From: a virus
Lineage: Duplodnaviria; Caudoviricetes
Length of the DNA stretch: 26,327 bases
Direction: 5' to 3' (one strand)
Virus record (IMG/VR): IMGVR_UViG_3300038393_000234
Span: 1 to 26,327 of that record
Part shown: positions 17,736-25,291 of the stretch, one piece after another
Position numbering within the stretch: the first letter of the stretch is position 1
How the letters are laid out: each line of letters opens with the position of its first letter
Made by a program: the position numbers and the translations under genes
The notes under the pieces: model-generated
Told to the model about the DNA's origin: nothing
Databases searched by the model: none
Seen by the model: only the letters and a program-made list of their open reading frames with translations

Positions 17736-17738
17736 GGC

Positions 17739-17981
17739 ATGGCCCAGTGTCCCGAAACTGTCACTGTCCTCTCCGACGCAGGATCGACCACCGTCCAGTG
17801 CACCCTCGAGACCGGACACTCCTACCCGGCTCAGCCGCACACGTACACAGCCCTGGTCGCATTCACCAACGCCGACTGCCCCAGTTCTGTGCAGGTCACC
17901 GTCGGCAGCTCCTTCCGCACCATTGGATGTGCGAAGAAGTACGGGCACAGCGGCGCGCACCAGTACACCGTCGCATGGTGA
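17739..17981 (+). CDS. Small protein with two tandem Cys/His motifs
   Basis: Two copies of CP..V.V-x(n)-C-x4-GHS-x(2-5)-H-x-YT. Confidence 0.6.
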   Translation: MAQCPETVTVLSDAGSTTVQCTLETGHSYPAQPHTYTALVAFTNADCPSSVQVTVGSSFRTIGCAKKYGHSGAHQYTVAW

Positions 17982-18167
17982 GTGAGCCTTAAAGCGAGCG
18001 GGCCGCCGCCGGGAGAGGCGACGGCCCTGGCCACACGGATCCGACCTAACCGGAGCCGCGCGGTTGCCACACCACGATTCCGCCCGGGGGGACGGAAGCG
18101 CATGGCACACATGTGCCATTGACACACACGCGAGGGAGACGCGCATGAACCCCGGGGAGACCCACCA

Positions 18168-18533
18168 ATGACCATCCCCGTCGTCGCGTTGGCGGCCGTG
18201 CTGGCTGTGCCACTGCTGCCGTTGGCGGCCGACGCCGACCCGCTGCTGACCATCGTCAACTACGGCGCACTGGGAATGATGCTCGTCCTGTTCGTGATCG
18301 GCCGGGTCCATTCCGACGCGGAGGTGAAGGACCTGAAGAGGCAGAACGACAAGCTGACCGATGCGCTTATGCAGGTCCAAGCGTCGCTGACCCGGCAGAC
18401 GTTGCCGGCGTTGACCCGCTCGGCGCAGGTGCTGGAAGCGATCCCTGAATCCGAGGCGAGCTTGGTGGCTGAGTTGCAGCAGGCCCTGACGCGACTGGAG
18501 GGGCTCGAGCGGAAGCAGAGCGAGGGGTCGTGA
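18168..18533 (+). CDS. Membrane protein (holin-like / lysis accessory)
   Basis: Hydrophobic N-terminus, 'NYGALGMMLVLFVIG' TM segment, then coiled coil; upstream of the endolysin. Confidence 0.65.
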   Translation: MTIPVVALAAVLAVPLLPLAADADPLLTIVNYGALGMMLVLFVIGRVHSDAEVKDLKRQNDKLTDALMQVQASLTRQTLPALTRSAQVLEAIPESEASLVAELQQALTRLEGLERKQSEGS

Positions 18534-18539
18534 TCGGGC

Positions 18540-18704
18540 ATGACCAAGGAGGCGCGTGAGGCGATCGAGCGGCAGCTTGCCGAGATCTGGGCGCTGGTGG
18601 GTGACCTGGAGGCGGTGTCGATGCGGTTGAGGCAGGCCGCGGATGCCGCGATGGAGAGCATGCCCGGCCCGACCGACCCACCCGAGATGGGGAGCCACCG
18701 ATGA
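18540..18704 (+). CDS. Small helical hypothetical protein (54 aa, not in the ORF track)
   Basis: MTKEAREAIERQLAEIWALVGDLEAVSMRLRQAADAAMESMPGPTDPPEMGSHR; fills the gap, ATGA overlap with the next gene. Confidence 0.6.
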   Translation: MTKEAREAIERQLAEIWALVGDLEAVSMRLRQAADAAMESMPGPTDPPEMGSHR

Positions 18705-19168
18705 GCGAGAAGGATGAGCTGGCGATTGCCGCGGCGGCGCTGACTGCGAAGGTGGAGGCGCTGAGCGACCACGTCAAGGTGACGGCGCTGGAGGCGGAGC
18801 GGATCGAGCGTCAGGCGCGACGCACCCGGTATCTGTCGTGGGTAGTCGCTGCGTTGGTGGCTGTGTCGTTGGCCGGTGTGGTGATGACTTTCGTGCTGCT
18901 GTCGAAGGTGCAGGACACGTCGGAGTCGAACGAGGACAACGCTGTGACAGCGTGTGAGAACGCGAACATGTCGCGGAAGGCGAACCTCACGCTGTGGACG
19001 TTCGTCCTGGATGCGTCAGCGACGAACCCGGACCGGACTCCGCAGCAGGTGGCGTTGGCGGATGCGTTGCGGGAGTGGCTCGGGAAGCTCTATGCCCCCC
19101 ACGACTGCGGCGATCTTGGGCGCGAGTACCCATTGCCGCCACCGCCGTCGATCTCTGCGACGCCCTGA
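18701..19168 (+). CDS. Single-pass membrane protein in the lysis cassette
   Basis: Coiled coil, TM 'LSWVVAALVAVSLAGVVMTFVLL', external domain with two Cys. Confidence 0.7.
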   Translation: MSEKDELAIAAAALTAKVEALSDHVKVTALEAERIERQARRTRYLSWVVAALVAVSLAGVVMTFVLLSKVQDTSESNEDNAVTACENANMSRKANLTLWTFVLDASATNPDRTPQQVALADALREWLGKLYAPHDCGDLGREYPLPPPPSISATP

Positions 19169-19215
19169 CTTCTCTCCGTCCTCGTCTCGCCCGTCTGATC
19201 TCCGGAGGAGACGCC

Positions 19216-19950
19216 ATGCTGCTCACCGACCTCGCTGACGCCTGCCGCAAGTCCGGCCTGAAGGTGGTCGAGCTGAGTGGCTGGCGCACCAACTTCTCGG
19301 CTGGCGACTTCTCCCCCATCGGCGTACTCGCGCACCACACCGGGTCCTACGACGACATCGCGGACCAGCCGAGCGACCAGTCGTATGCGCAGTGGATGGC
19401 GTTCGAGGGCCGCGCTGACCTGAACCCGCCGATCTGCAACCTCGCACTGTCCGCCGAGGGCGTCGTGTATGTGTGCTCATCGGGGAACGCGAACCATGCG
19501 GGCGAGGCGAGGGCGTCGGGTCCGATGCCTGCGGCGCCGGACGGGAACGCCCTCTACGTCGGCATCGAGGCGATGAACTCCGGCACGCAGGGCTGGGGGT
19601 CGGTCGGCCGGGACGTCTCCGGTGCCGAGGTCACTCAGGGCGAGGCGTATGCCCGTCTGTGCGCGGCGCTGTGCCTGCACTACGGGTGGCCCGCCTCTCA
19701 TGTGCGGGGCCACAAGGAGACCAGCGTGACCGGGAAATGGGACCCGGGCGGGCTTGACATGGACAACTTCCGGGCTGCGGTGGCGCGGTTGATGAGCGAG
19801 GAGGACATCGTGACGCCTGAGGACATCAAGGCCATCGCCGAGTACATCCTCGACGAGGAGACTGTCGACCTGAAGAAGGCGGACGGCACGGTCAAGGCGA
19901 TCCCGATCCGCAACGCGATCGAGCGGATCCTGAACCCGGACGAGTCGTGA
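19216..19950 (+). CDS. Endolysin, N-acetylmuramoyl-L-alanine amidase (Amidase_2)
   Basis: GGAGGAG RBS, ATG at 19216; 'LAHHTG', 'ANHAG', 'VGIEA', 'RGHKE', 'KWDPG' Zn-amidase motifs. Confidence 0.92.
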   Translation: MLLTDLADACRKSGLKVVELSGWRTNFSAGDFSPIGVLAHHTGSYDDIADQPSDQSYAQWMAFEGRADLNPPICNLALSAEGVVYVCSSGNANHAGEARASGPMPAAPDGNALYVGIEAMNSGTQGWGSVGRDVSGAEVTQGEAYARLCAALCLHYGWPASHVRGHKETSVTGKWDPGGLDMDNFRAAVARLMSEEDIVTPEDIKAIAEYILDEETVDLKKADGTVKAIPIRNAIERILNPDES

Positions 19951-20012
19951 AGCCCCGCTGGCTGCTGACCGTCACCATCCCGTCCTACGTGCGGTGGGTG
20001 TGGCGGCGATGA
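19947..20012 (+). CDS. Putative 21-aa Trp/Arg-rich peptide
   Basis: GTGA overlap with the endolysin stop; MKPRWLLTVTIPSYVRWVWRR; ATGA overlap with the next ORF. Confidence 0.4.
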   Translation: MKPRWLLTVTIPSYVRWVWRR

Positions 20013-20122
20013 ACGACTGGCATTGGTGGGCGACAGTCGGCTCCATCGTGGGCTCGTACTGGTTCGGGCGGTGGGCTCAGTGGCGGTCATGTCGCTCGCA
20101 GGACAGGCGGCGCTCGTCATGA
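20009..20122 (+). CDS. Putative 37-aa Trp-rich membrane peptide
   Basis: MNDWHWWATVGSIVGSYWFGRWAQWRSCRSQDRRRSS; ATGA overlaps at both ends. Confidence 0.45.
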   Translation: MNDWHWWATVGSIVGSYWFGRWAQWRSCRSQDRRRSS

Positions 20123-20265
20123 GCACCGCCGCCGCCCTCACTCTCGGCTTCGGTCTCGGCGTCCTCGTCGCCGCGCCACTCGTCGCGCCGCTGGGGATCT
20201 GGCTGATGGAGCGCAACGCCTCGCGGCCGTCCAAGCCCGCCGACTACTCGAAGTGGCCGCAGTGA
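20119..20265 (+). CDS. Putative 48-aa single-TM protein
   Basis: MSTAAALTLGFGLGVLVAAPLVAPLGIWLMERNASRPSKPADYSKWPQ; ATGA-coupled to the previous ORF. Confidence 0.55.
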   Translation: MSTAAALTLGFGLGVLVAAPLVAPLGIWLMERNASRPSKPADYSKWPQ

Positions 20266-20275
20266 GCATCCGCCA

Positions 20276-20422
20276 CTACGGCCGTTTGACGTACCGCTCT
20301 AACGCCCGTCGCACCACGTCGCTCAGCGACTCGCCCTTCGCCGCCGCCTTCGCCTGAGCTGCCCGATAGACGTCCTCAGGGATGCGGAATGTCCGCTGCG
20401 GCGTCTTCGGCTGGTTGGGCAC
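20276..20422 (-). CDS. Ribbon-helix-helix (Arc/CopG-like) DNA-binding protein (48 aa, not in the ORF track)
   Basis: GTG start; MPNQPKTPQRTFRIPEDVYRAAQAKAAAKGESLSDVVRRALERYVKRP: beta strand RTFRI, helix, G-x-S-x-S-x-x-x-R turn, helix. Confidence 0.85.
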   Translation of the reverse strand: MPNQPKTPQRTFRIPEDVYRAAQAKAAAKGESLSDVVRRALERYVKRP

Positions 20423-20429
20423 ACGGCTG

Positions 20430-20478
20430 ACGCTAGCAGGTGTCATGACACTCCGCTAGACTGGTGTCATGACACCTG
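20430..20478. promoter_or_regulatory. Divergent leaderless promoters with two palindromic operators
   Basis: GTGTCATGACAC at 20440-20451 and 20464-20475; -10 TAGCGT (minus strand, 20430-20435) 7 nt before the RHH start; -10 TAGACT (20457-20462) 6 nt before the HNH ATG. Confidence 0.75.
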
Positions 20479-20987
20479 AGAACTTCTGGGATTACGTCGA
20501 CAGGTCTCACGGCGATGGCGTCTGCTGGCCTTGGACTGGCTCCGTTGGCACCACTGGCTACGGCTCGCTCCGCTGGCGCGGCAGGACGGACAAGCCGCAC
20601 CGAGTCGCGTGGGAGCTTGCGAACGGTCGACCACCTGAGCCCGGTATGCACATCTGCCACCGCTGCGCCAATCGCCTGTGTTGCAACCCGGTCCATCTCT
20701 ACGAGGGCACCCCTACGCGGAACAACCGGGACATCGTCGAGCACGGACACGCCTGGTGGCAGAACGCCACCCACTGTCGCAATGGTCATGAGTGGACGCC
20801 GGAGAACACCATTTACGGCCACTTCAGCAAGCGCCCTTGGACCAAGCGATGCCGCGAGTGTCAGGACGGCTTGAAAGCCCGAAATCGGATCAAGGCGCGC
20901 GCGCGCCGCCAGCGACAGTCAGCCCAAGGAGGTCGCGATGAAGGCCTACGGCTTCCTGAATTTAGGCAGGGACAAGAGCCCGGGTAG
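20469..20987 (+). CDS. HNH endonuclease with C-terminal Cys/His Zn motif
   Basis: 'CWPWTG...GYG', 'HRVAWEL', 'ICHRCANRLCCNPVHLYEGT..N', then 'THCRNGHEWTPENT...CREC'. Confidence 0.9.
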   Translation: MTPENFWDYVDRSHGDGVCWPWTGSVGTTGYGSLRWRGRTDKPHRVAWELANGRPPEPGMHICHRCANRLCCNPVHLYEGTPTRNNRDIVEHGHAWWQNATHCRNGHEWTPENTIYGHFSKRPWTKRCRECQDGLKARNRIKARARRQRQSAQGGRDEGLRLPEFRQGQEPG

Positions 20988-21633
20988 CACTCAAAGGGTC
21001 GACCGAGCGGCGCTGCTCAAGCTGCACGACGCGCTCCCAGAAACCAACGCCGCCGCCTTTCTGTGTGAGATAGGCGAGGGCGACGACGACGACGAGCTCG
21101 CGCTCGCGCTCGAGGTCTTCGACGGGTGGCGGCTCTACGGCCGCACCACCCACGAGCCGATCCTGTTGAGCCCCGACCAGCCGCGCGCGAAGGCTGTCGT
21201 CACATGGGTCTCCGACTCCGCCGTCAAGCACTGGTCGCCGCGCCGGTCCATCCTCGAGGTCGACCTGGCCGACGAGCCCGAGACCCTGATGGCGGTCCAC
21301 TACGCGGCCGGCGTCCACACCGAAGGCGACCGCCCCGACTGGGCCAAGGGGCCACTCGCCACCAGCTGGGACAACACCCACTGGCTGCACATGCAGCGCA
21401 AGCGCCGCGCCCACCGTCGCGGCCGAAACGTCACCGAGATGATCGACGCCAACCACTACGCCCTCCGCGGGCTGGTCGGTGAGCGGACCGTCGTGCACCA
21501 CCGCACCGACTACGGCCGCGCCTACCCAGCCGACGGGTACACCGCCCGGTTCCGCGCCGGGAAGACCGTCGAGGTCGGCATCGACTCCCACGGCATCCGC
21601 ACCATGCACGGCACCTACCGCAAGGAGCGCTGA
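20938..21633 (+). CDS. Divergent endonuclease/exonuclease/phosphatase (EEP, DNase I-like) protein
   Basis: AGGAGG RBS; ordered motifs FLN / LCE / AVH / IDAN / TDY / DSH parallel the EEP series xWN / LQE / NxH / GDxN / IDY / SDH. Confidence 0.6.
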   Translation: MKAYGFLNLGRDKSPGSTQRVDRAALLKLHDALPETNAAAFLCEIGEGDDDDELALALEVFDGWRLYGRTTHEPILLSPDQPRAKAVVTWVSDSAVKHWSPRRSILEVDLADEPETLMAVHYAAGVHTEGDRPDWAKGPLATSWDNTHWLHMQRKRRAHRRGRNVTEMIDANHYALRGLVGERTVVHHRTDYGRAYPADGYTARFRAGKTVEVGIDSHGIRTMHGTYRKER

Positions 21634-21634
21634 C

Positions 21635-21817
21635 ATGCCCCCAATCCGTCTCGTGATCCTGTTCGTCGGCCTGACCCTGCTCGGGTCGCTGGCTGGGATC
21701 ATCGTCCTCGCCTCCCAGCAGCACCCGATCCCGGACGTGTTGCAGAACGTCGCCGTCGGCTCGCTGACCGGGCTGGTCGGCCTGCTCGTCCCCTCGCGGA
21801 CCCCCGCCGGGGAGTAA
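21635..21817 (+). CDS. Small two-TM protein (holin candidate)
   Basis: AAGGAG RBS; 60 aa with two hydrophobic helices separated by 'SQQHPIPD'. Confidence 0.68.
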   Translation: MPPIRLVILFVGLTLLGSLAGIIVLASQQHPIPDVLQNVAVGSLTGLVGLLVPSRTPAGE

Positions 21818-21885
21818 AGACCACCGCGCCGCACAAGGCGGCCGGTTGCCCCGTGATGGGGCGTACCTCTCAGGAGGTGGGCGTG

Positions 21886-22182
21886 ATGCCCAAGGAAACC
21901 ATCCACAGCCGCTACGAAGGGCGCCTGTCTCGCGTGCTCGACAAGGACGGCAACTGGGTCGAGAACGACCCGTCGAAGGTCACCCCAGAGCCGTTCCTGA
22001 CGGTCGGGTGGGGCCGCGAGTCCCAGCATGTCCAGGTCGCCACTCTCGCTGGTGGCGACTACGACGAGGTGGGCGGCAACGAGCGGCCCGGCCTCTACGT
22101 GCAACTGGATCGCGACGGGATCAACCGTCTGATCCGTCTGCTGCGCAAGGCCCGCGACACCGCCTACGGCACAGACGCCTGA
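21886..22182 (+). CDS. Hypothetical protein
   Basis: AGGAGG RBS; 98 aa ending 'LDRDGINRLIRLLRKARDTAYGTDA'. Confidence 0.75.
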   Translation: MPKETIHSRYEGRLSRVLDKDGNWVENDPSKVTPEPFLTVGWGRESQHVQVATLAGGDYDEVGGNERPGLYVQLDRDGINRLIRLLRKARDTAYGTDA

Positions 22183-22187
22183 CCCGT

Positions 22188-22225
22188 CGACCGCCGGGCG
22201 TCCCTCAACCTCCGCCCGGCGGTCG
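22188..22225 (+). terminator. 13-bp stem-loop
   Basis: CGACCGCCGGGCG / CGCCCGGCGGTCG perfect inverted repeat in intergenic DNA. Confidence 0.65.
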
Positions 22226-22274
22226 GCACCAACCAAGGCCCGCTCGGGGAGGCCATCACCCAAGGAGACCCAGC

Positions 22275-22541
22275 ATGGCCAACCCCACCGCATCCGCAAC
22301 CCTCGACAAGACCTCATACGCCGTCGGCGAGCTCATGACGCTCACCGTCAACCACACCGACGCCGACCGGATGACGCTCAACGTCTCCGGCACCGTCACC
22401 GACTCCCAGGGCAACTCCGCCTCCTGGTCGGCCGACGCCAAGATCGACGCCGGGGTCGTGACCATCACCCAGACCGGCGGCAAGACCTGGACCCTGGTCT
22501 CGGCCAGCGACAACCAGTCCAAGTTCACCGCGACGGCATAG
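22275..22541 (+). CDS. Small Ig-like beta protein, putative virion decoration
   Basis: AAGGAG RBS; 88 aa with 'LDKTSYAVGE.MTLTV', 'VSGTVTDSQGNSA'. Confidence 0.7.
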   Translation: MANPTASATLDKTSYAVGELMTLTVNHTDADRMTLNVSGTVTDSQGNSASWSADAKIDAGVVTITQTGGKTWTLVSASDNQSKFTATA

Positions 22542-22545
22542 CACC

Positions 22546-23436
22546 ATGCCCACGGTCTCAGGGACCGTGACGGACGCCTCGGGGAACACCGCCACATGGT
22601 CCGCGACATGGACTGTCACCACTCCGCCGACCTCGAGCCTCAAGGCCATCGGCATGTCGGCACCCGCATCCGAGTGGGCCAACCGGGTCGCTGAGGTCGG
22701 CGCCCAGGGCCTCAAGGCGCGCCGCATCTTTGCCGACCTCGCCCAAGGCGCCCAGCACCAGAAGTCCCTGATCGATGCGGCTGTCGGTGCCGGGATGCTG
22801 CCTGTCGTCTCCTACAAGGTGGGCACCAACTACACCGGCGCCGCCACCGGCGCCTTCGATACCGTAGCCACCCAGGCGGCCAACTTCCTCGCCTCCTACA
22901 ACGTGCCCATCGCGGTCGTCGTCTGGCACGAGCCGATGAGCGACATGACCGGCGCCCAGTACGTGGCGATGCAGAACCGGCTGATGCCCAAGTTCAAAGG
23001 CGTCGGGCAGCTCAAGGTCGGGCCGATCCTCAATGGCTTCCTGCTCACCCAACCCAACCAGCAGCCGGGCCAGGGCGTCGACGAGTTCACGACCTACACC
23101 TCACCGACGCTGATGAACCTGTGGGACTTCTTCGGCATCGACACCTACCAGCCGGGGACGATCACCAACCCCGGTTCGGTGATGCCCGCCGAGCGGGTCA
23201 CGCGGCTGTTGCAGTGGCTGGCCGAGCAGGGGAAGCCGAACATGCCCATCGGCGTCGGCGAGTACAACGGCTTCTCGTCCGCCGCGATCTCGGGGATGGG
23301 CGACATCCTGCTCGGCACCCCGAACACGTGGTTCGGCTGCGTCTGGAACGTCGACGAGGCGCGGGCGGGGATCCTGACCGGCGACCGACTGACGGCATAC
23401 AAGACGACCAAGGCTGATCCTCGAGCCCAACAGTAG
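22546..23436 (+). CDS. Putative clan GH-A glycoside hydrolase (GH26-like) with short N-terminal beta tag
   Basis: Acid/base 'VWHEP', 'DFFGIDTY', nucleophile 'PIGVGEYN' in TIM-barrel order. Confidence 0.7.
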   Translation: MPTVSGTVTDASGNTATWSATWTVTTPPTSSLKAIGMSAPASEWANRVAEVGAQGLKARRIFADLAQGAQHQKSLIDAAVGAGMLPVVSYKVGTNYTGAATGAFDTVATQAANFLASYNVPIAVVVWHEPMSDMTGAQYVAMQNRLMPKFKGVGQLKVGPILNGFLLTQPNQQPGQGVDEFTTYTSPTLMNLWDFFGIDTYQPGTITNPGSVMPAERVTRLLQWLAEQGKPNMPIGVGEYNGFSSAAISGMGDILLGTPNTWFGCVWNVDEARAGILTGDRLTAYKTTKADPRAQQ

Positions 23437-23445
23437 GAGGACCAC

Positions 23446-24186
23446 GTGGCGGTCGCCTTCGGGTCCATCGGAAGCAGGGTCGACGGCACCACCACCTGTG
23501 CACCCGCCTACCCAACCGGTGTCACTGCTGGGCATCTCGCGGTCGCCGGTCGCGTCGGCTGGACCGACCCCAACACCACCTTCGCCGCCGAGACCGGATG
23601 GACCCAGCAGGGCACCCAAGGCGGCGGCACCGGCTCATCGGTCGACGCCCACACCACCGACCTGAGCGTCGACACCCGCGAGCTCGACGGCTCCGAGACC
23701 GGGTCGGTCACCTTCGACAACGGCTCCCCCGGCGGATCCATCGGTGTGATCGCCCGCTACTCCAAGGACGCCAGCGAGACCTGGGATCTAGTCTTCGCCT
23801 CCGGCACCGACGACACCCATGGCGCGGACAGGTCGGTCACCGCCTCCGGGTCGATCGACCTGGCCCCCGGTGACGTCGTGGTGGCGGTTGTGGCCACCGA
23901 CACCGACACGTCGCTGACCATCACCTCCCCCGCGATCACCGCGTCTGGGATCACGTTCGGCACCACCACCCGCCGCACCTCCACCGCTGCCGGGTCCACG
24001 AACGGCGTGGACGGCAACGTCGAGATCTTCGACGCCACCGTCTCCTCCGGATCCGGGACCGCCGCCCCGGCGCTCGCGTTCACCACCGCCACCTCCCAGT
24101 GCGGCCCCGTCGGGTTCGTCCGGCTGCGGGGCGTCGTCTCGACCCCCCTGCTGCCCATCATCGTCCAACCACCCAGGAGGCCCTGA
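23446..24186 (+). CDS. Thr/Ser/Gly-rich beta protein, putative virion structural protein
   Basis: AGGAGG RBS; 246 aa with two roughly repeated halves ('PTGVTAGHLAV' / 'LAPGDVVVAVV'). Confidence 0.65.
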   Translation: MAVAFGSIGSRVDGTTTCAPAYPTGVTAGHLAVAGRVGWTDPNTTFAAETGWTQQGTQGGGTGSSVDAHTTDLSVDTRELDGSETGSVTFDNGSPGGSIGVIARYSKDASETWDLVFASGTDDTHGADRSVTASGSIDLAPGDVVVAVVATDTDTSLTITSPAITASGITFGTTTRRTSTAAGSTNGVDGNVEIFDATVSSGSGTAAPALAFTTATSQCGPVGFVRLRGVVSTPLLPIIVQPPRRP

Positions 24187-24188
24187 GA

Positions 24189-24629
24189 ATGACCACATAT
24201 GTCGCCGGTGGGTTGACCACGGCGGGGTCGACCACCCTGCCCGTCGTCGCCCTCGTCGGGTCCGCCAGCGTCCGGGCATCCATCCGCGAGATCGGCGTGT
24301 TCAACACCACCTCCACCGCCGTCGCGCTCAAGCTGTGCCGGCTCACCACCGCAGGCACTCCCGGCTCCACGTTGACCGCCGACAAGCTGGACCCAGCCGA
24401 CGCGGTCAGCAATGTGGCGCTGCTGAAGAACACCTACTCCTCGACCGCCCCGACCACCTCCGACCTGGGGTTCCGCTGTGTCCTCGGTGCTGCGGTCGGG
24501 TCCGGGTTCGTGTGGACCTTCGAGCAGGACGAGCTGTGCACGCTGGTCGCCGCCAACGCGGGCATCGGGATCCTCGTGGAGAACGGCACCGGCCAGGCGC
24601 TACAGGTCTACGTGAAGTGGACGGAGTGA
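24189..24629 (+). CDS. Hypothetical beta-rich protein, putative structural
   Basis: AGGAGG RBS, ATG at 24189; 146 aa ending 'VYVKWTE'. Confidence 0.65.
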   Translation: MTTYVAGGLTTAGSTTLPVVALVGSASVRASIREIGVFNTTSTAVALKLCRLTTAGTPGSTLTADKLDPADAVSNVALLKNTYSSTAPTTSDLGFRCVLGAAVGSGFVWTFEQDELCTLVAANAGIGILVENGTGQALQVYVKWTE

Positions 24630-24630
24630 G

Positions 24631-25254
24631 ATGAGCAACCCCGACAAGGCCCTGGCCACCGACACCGCACACATAGGAGCCCGCATGGACGCCGTCGACT
24701 CGATCCGCTGGAGCCCGGTCGCCACCGTCGAGAAGTACGACGACGACCAGACCGCCTGGGTCGCCAACAGGCTCGGCATCCTCACCCCGCTCGGGGCGCA
24801 CTTCGAGGCGGCCGGCGTGAAGCCCTACGAGACGCTCGTAGCGGCTGGCAACCTGCTCACCACCGCTGGCCTGAACCGGCTGACCAGCCTCATGATCGCA
24901 GGCGGCGGGCAGGGTGCGACCAACACCGCGACCAGGCTCGGCGTCGGCAACTCCACCACCGCCGCCGCCGTGGGGCAGACCGACCTCCAGGCGTCGGCGG
25001 GCTCGGCGAACCGGTGGTTCCAGGTCATGGACGCCACCTACCCGCAGCAGTCCAACGGGGTCCTGACGTTCAAATCCACATTCGCCACCGGCGACGGCAA
25101 CTTCGTGTGGAACGAGTGGTGCGTCGACATCGGCACCCCCACCGTCACGAGCGGCAACACGGTGAACGCGAACATGCTCAACCGCGCCGTCCAGTCGCTC
25201 GGTACCAAGGTCAGTGGCTCGTGGGTCCTGACCGCCACGATCACGATCAGCTAG
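24631..25254 (+). CDS. Putative fibre/collar-type structural protein
   Basis: 'NLLTTAG', 'LGVGNSTTAAAVGQTDL', 'TFATGDGNFVWNEW', 'MLNR' resemble tail-fibre N-terminal/collar-type domains. Confidence 0.6.
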   Translation: MSNPDKALATDTAHIGARMDAVDSIRWSPVATVEKYDDDQTAWVANRLGILTPLGAHFEAAGVKPYETLVAAGNLLTTAGLNRLTSLMIAGGGQGATNTATRLGVGNSTTAAAVGQTDLQASAGSANRWFQVMDATYPQQSNGVLTFKSTFATGDGNFVWNEWCVDIGTPTVTSGNTVNANMLNRAVQSLGTKVSGSWVLTATITIS

Positions 25255-25291
25255 GGACCACCTTGACCGCTAGCTGAGAGGGCGGCAACCA

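Noticed and set aside
17982-18167. Intergenic stretch between tail and lysis genes as a possible ncRNA or riboswitch
   Set aside because: I could not recognise a known motif or a convincing extended structure by eye; an Rfam/Infernal scan would be needed.
20262-20357. Fourth GTGA-coupled micro-ORF (MSIRHYGRLTYRSN...)
   Set aside because: It lies almost wholly antisense to the convincing RHH gene and has no distinctive features.
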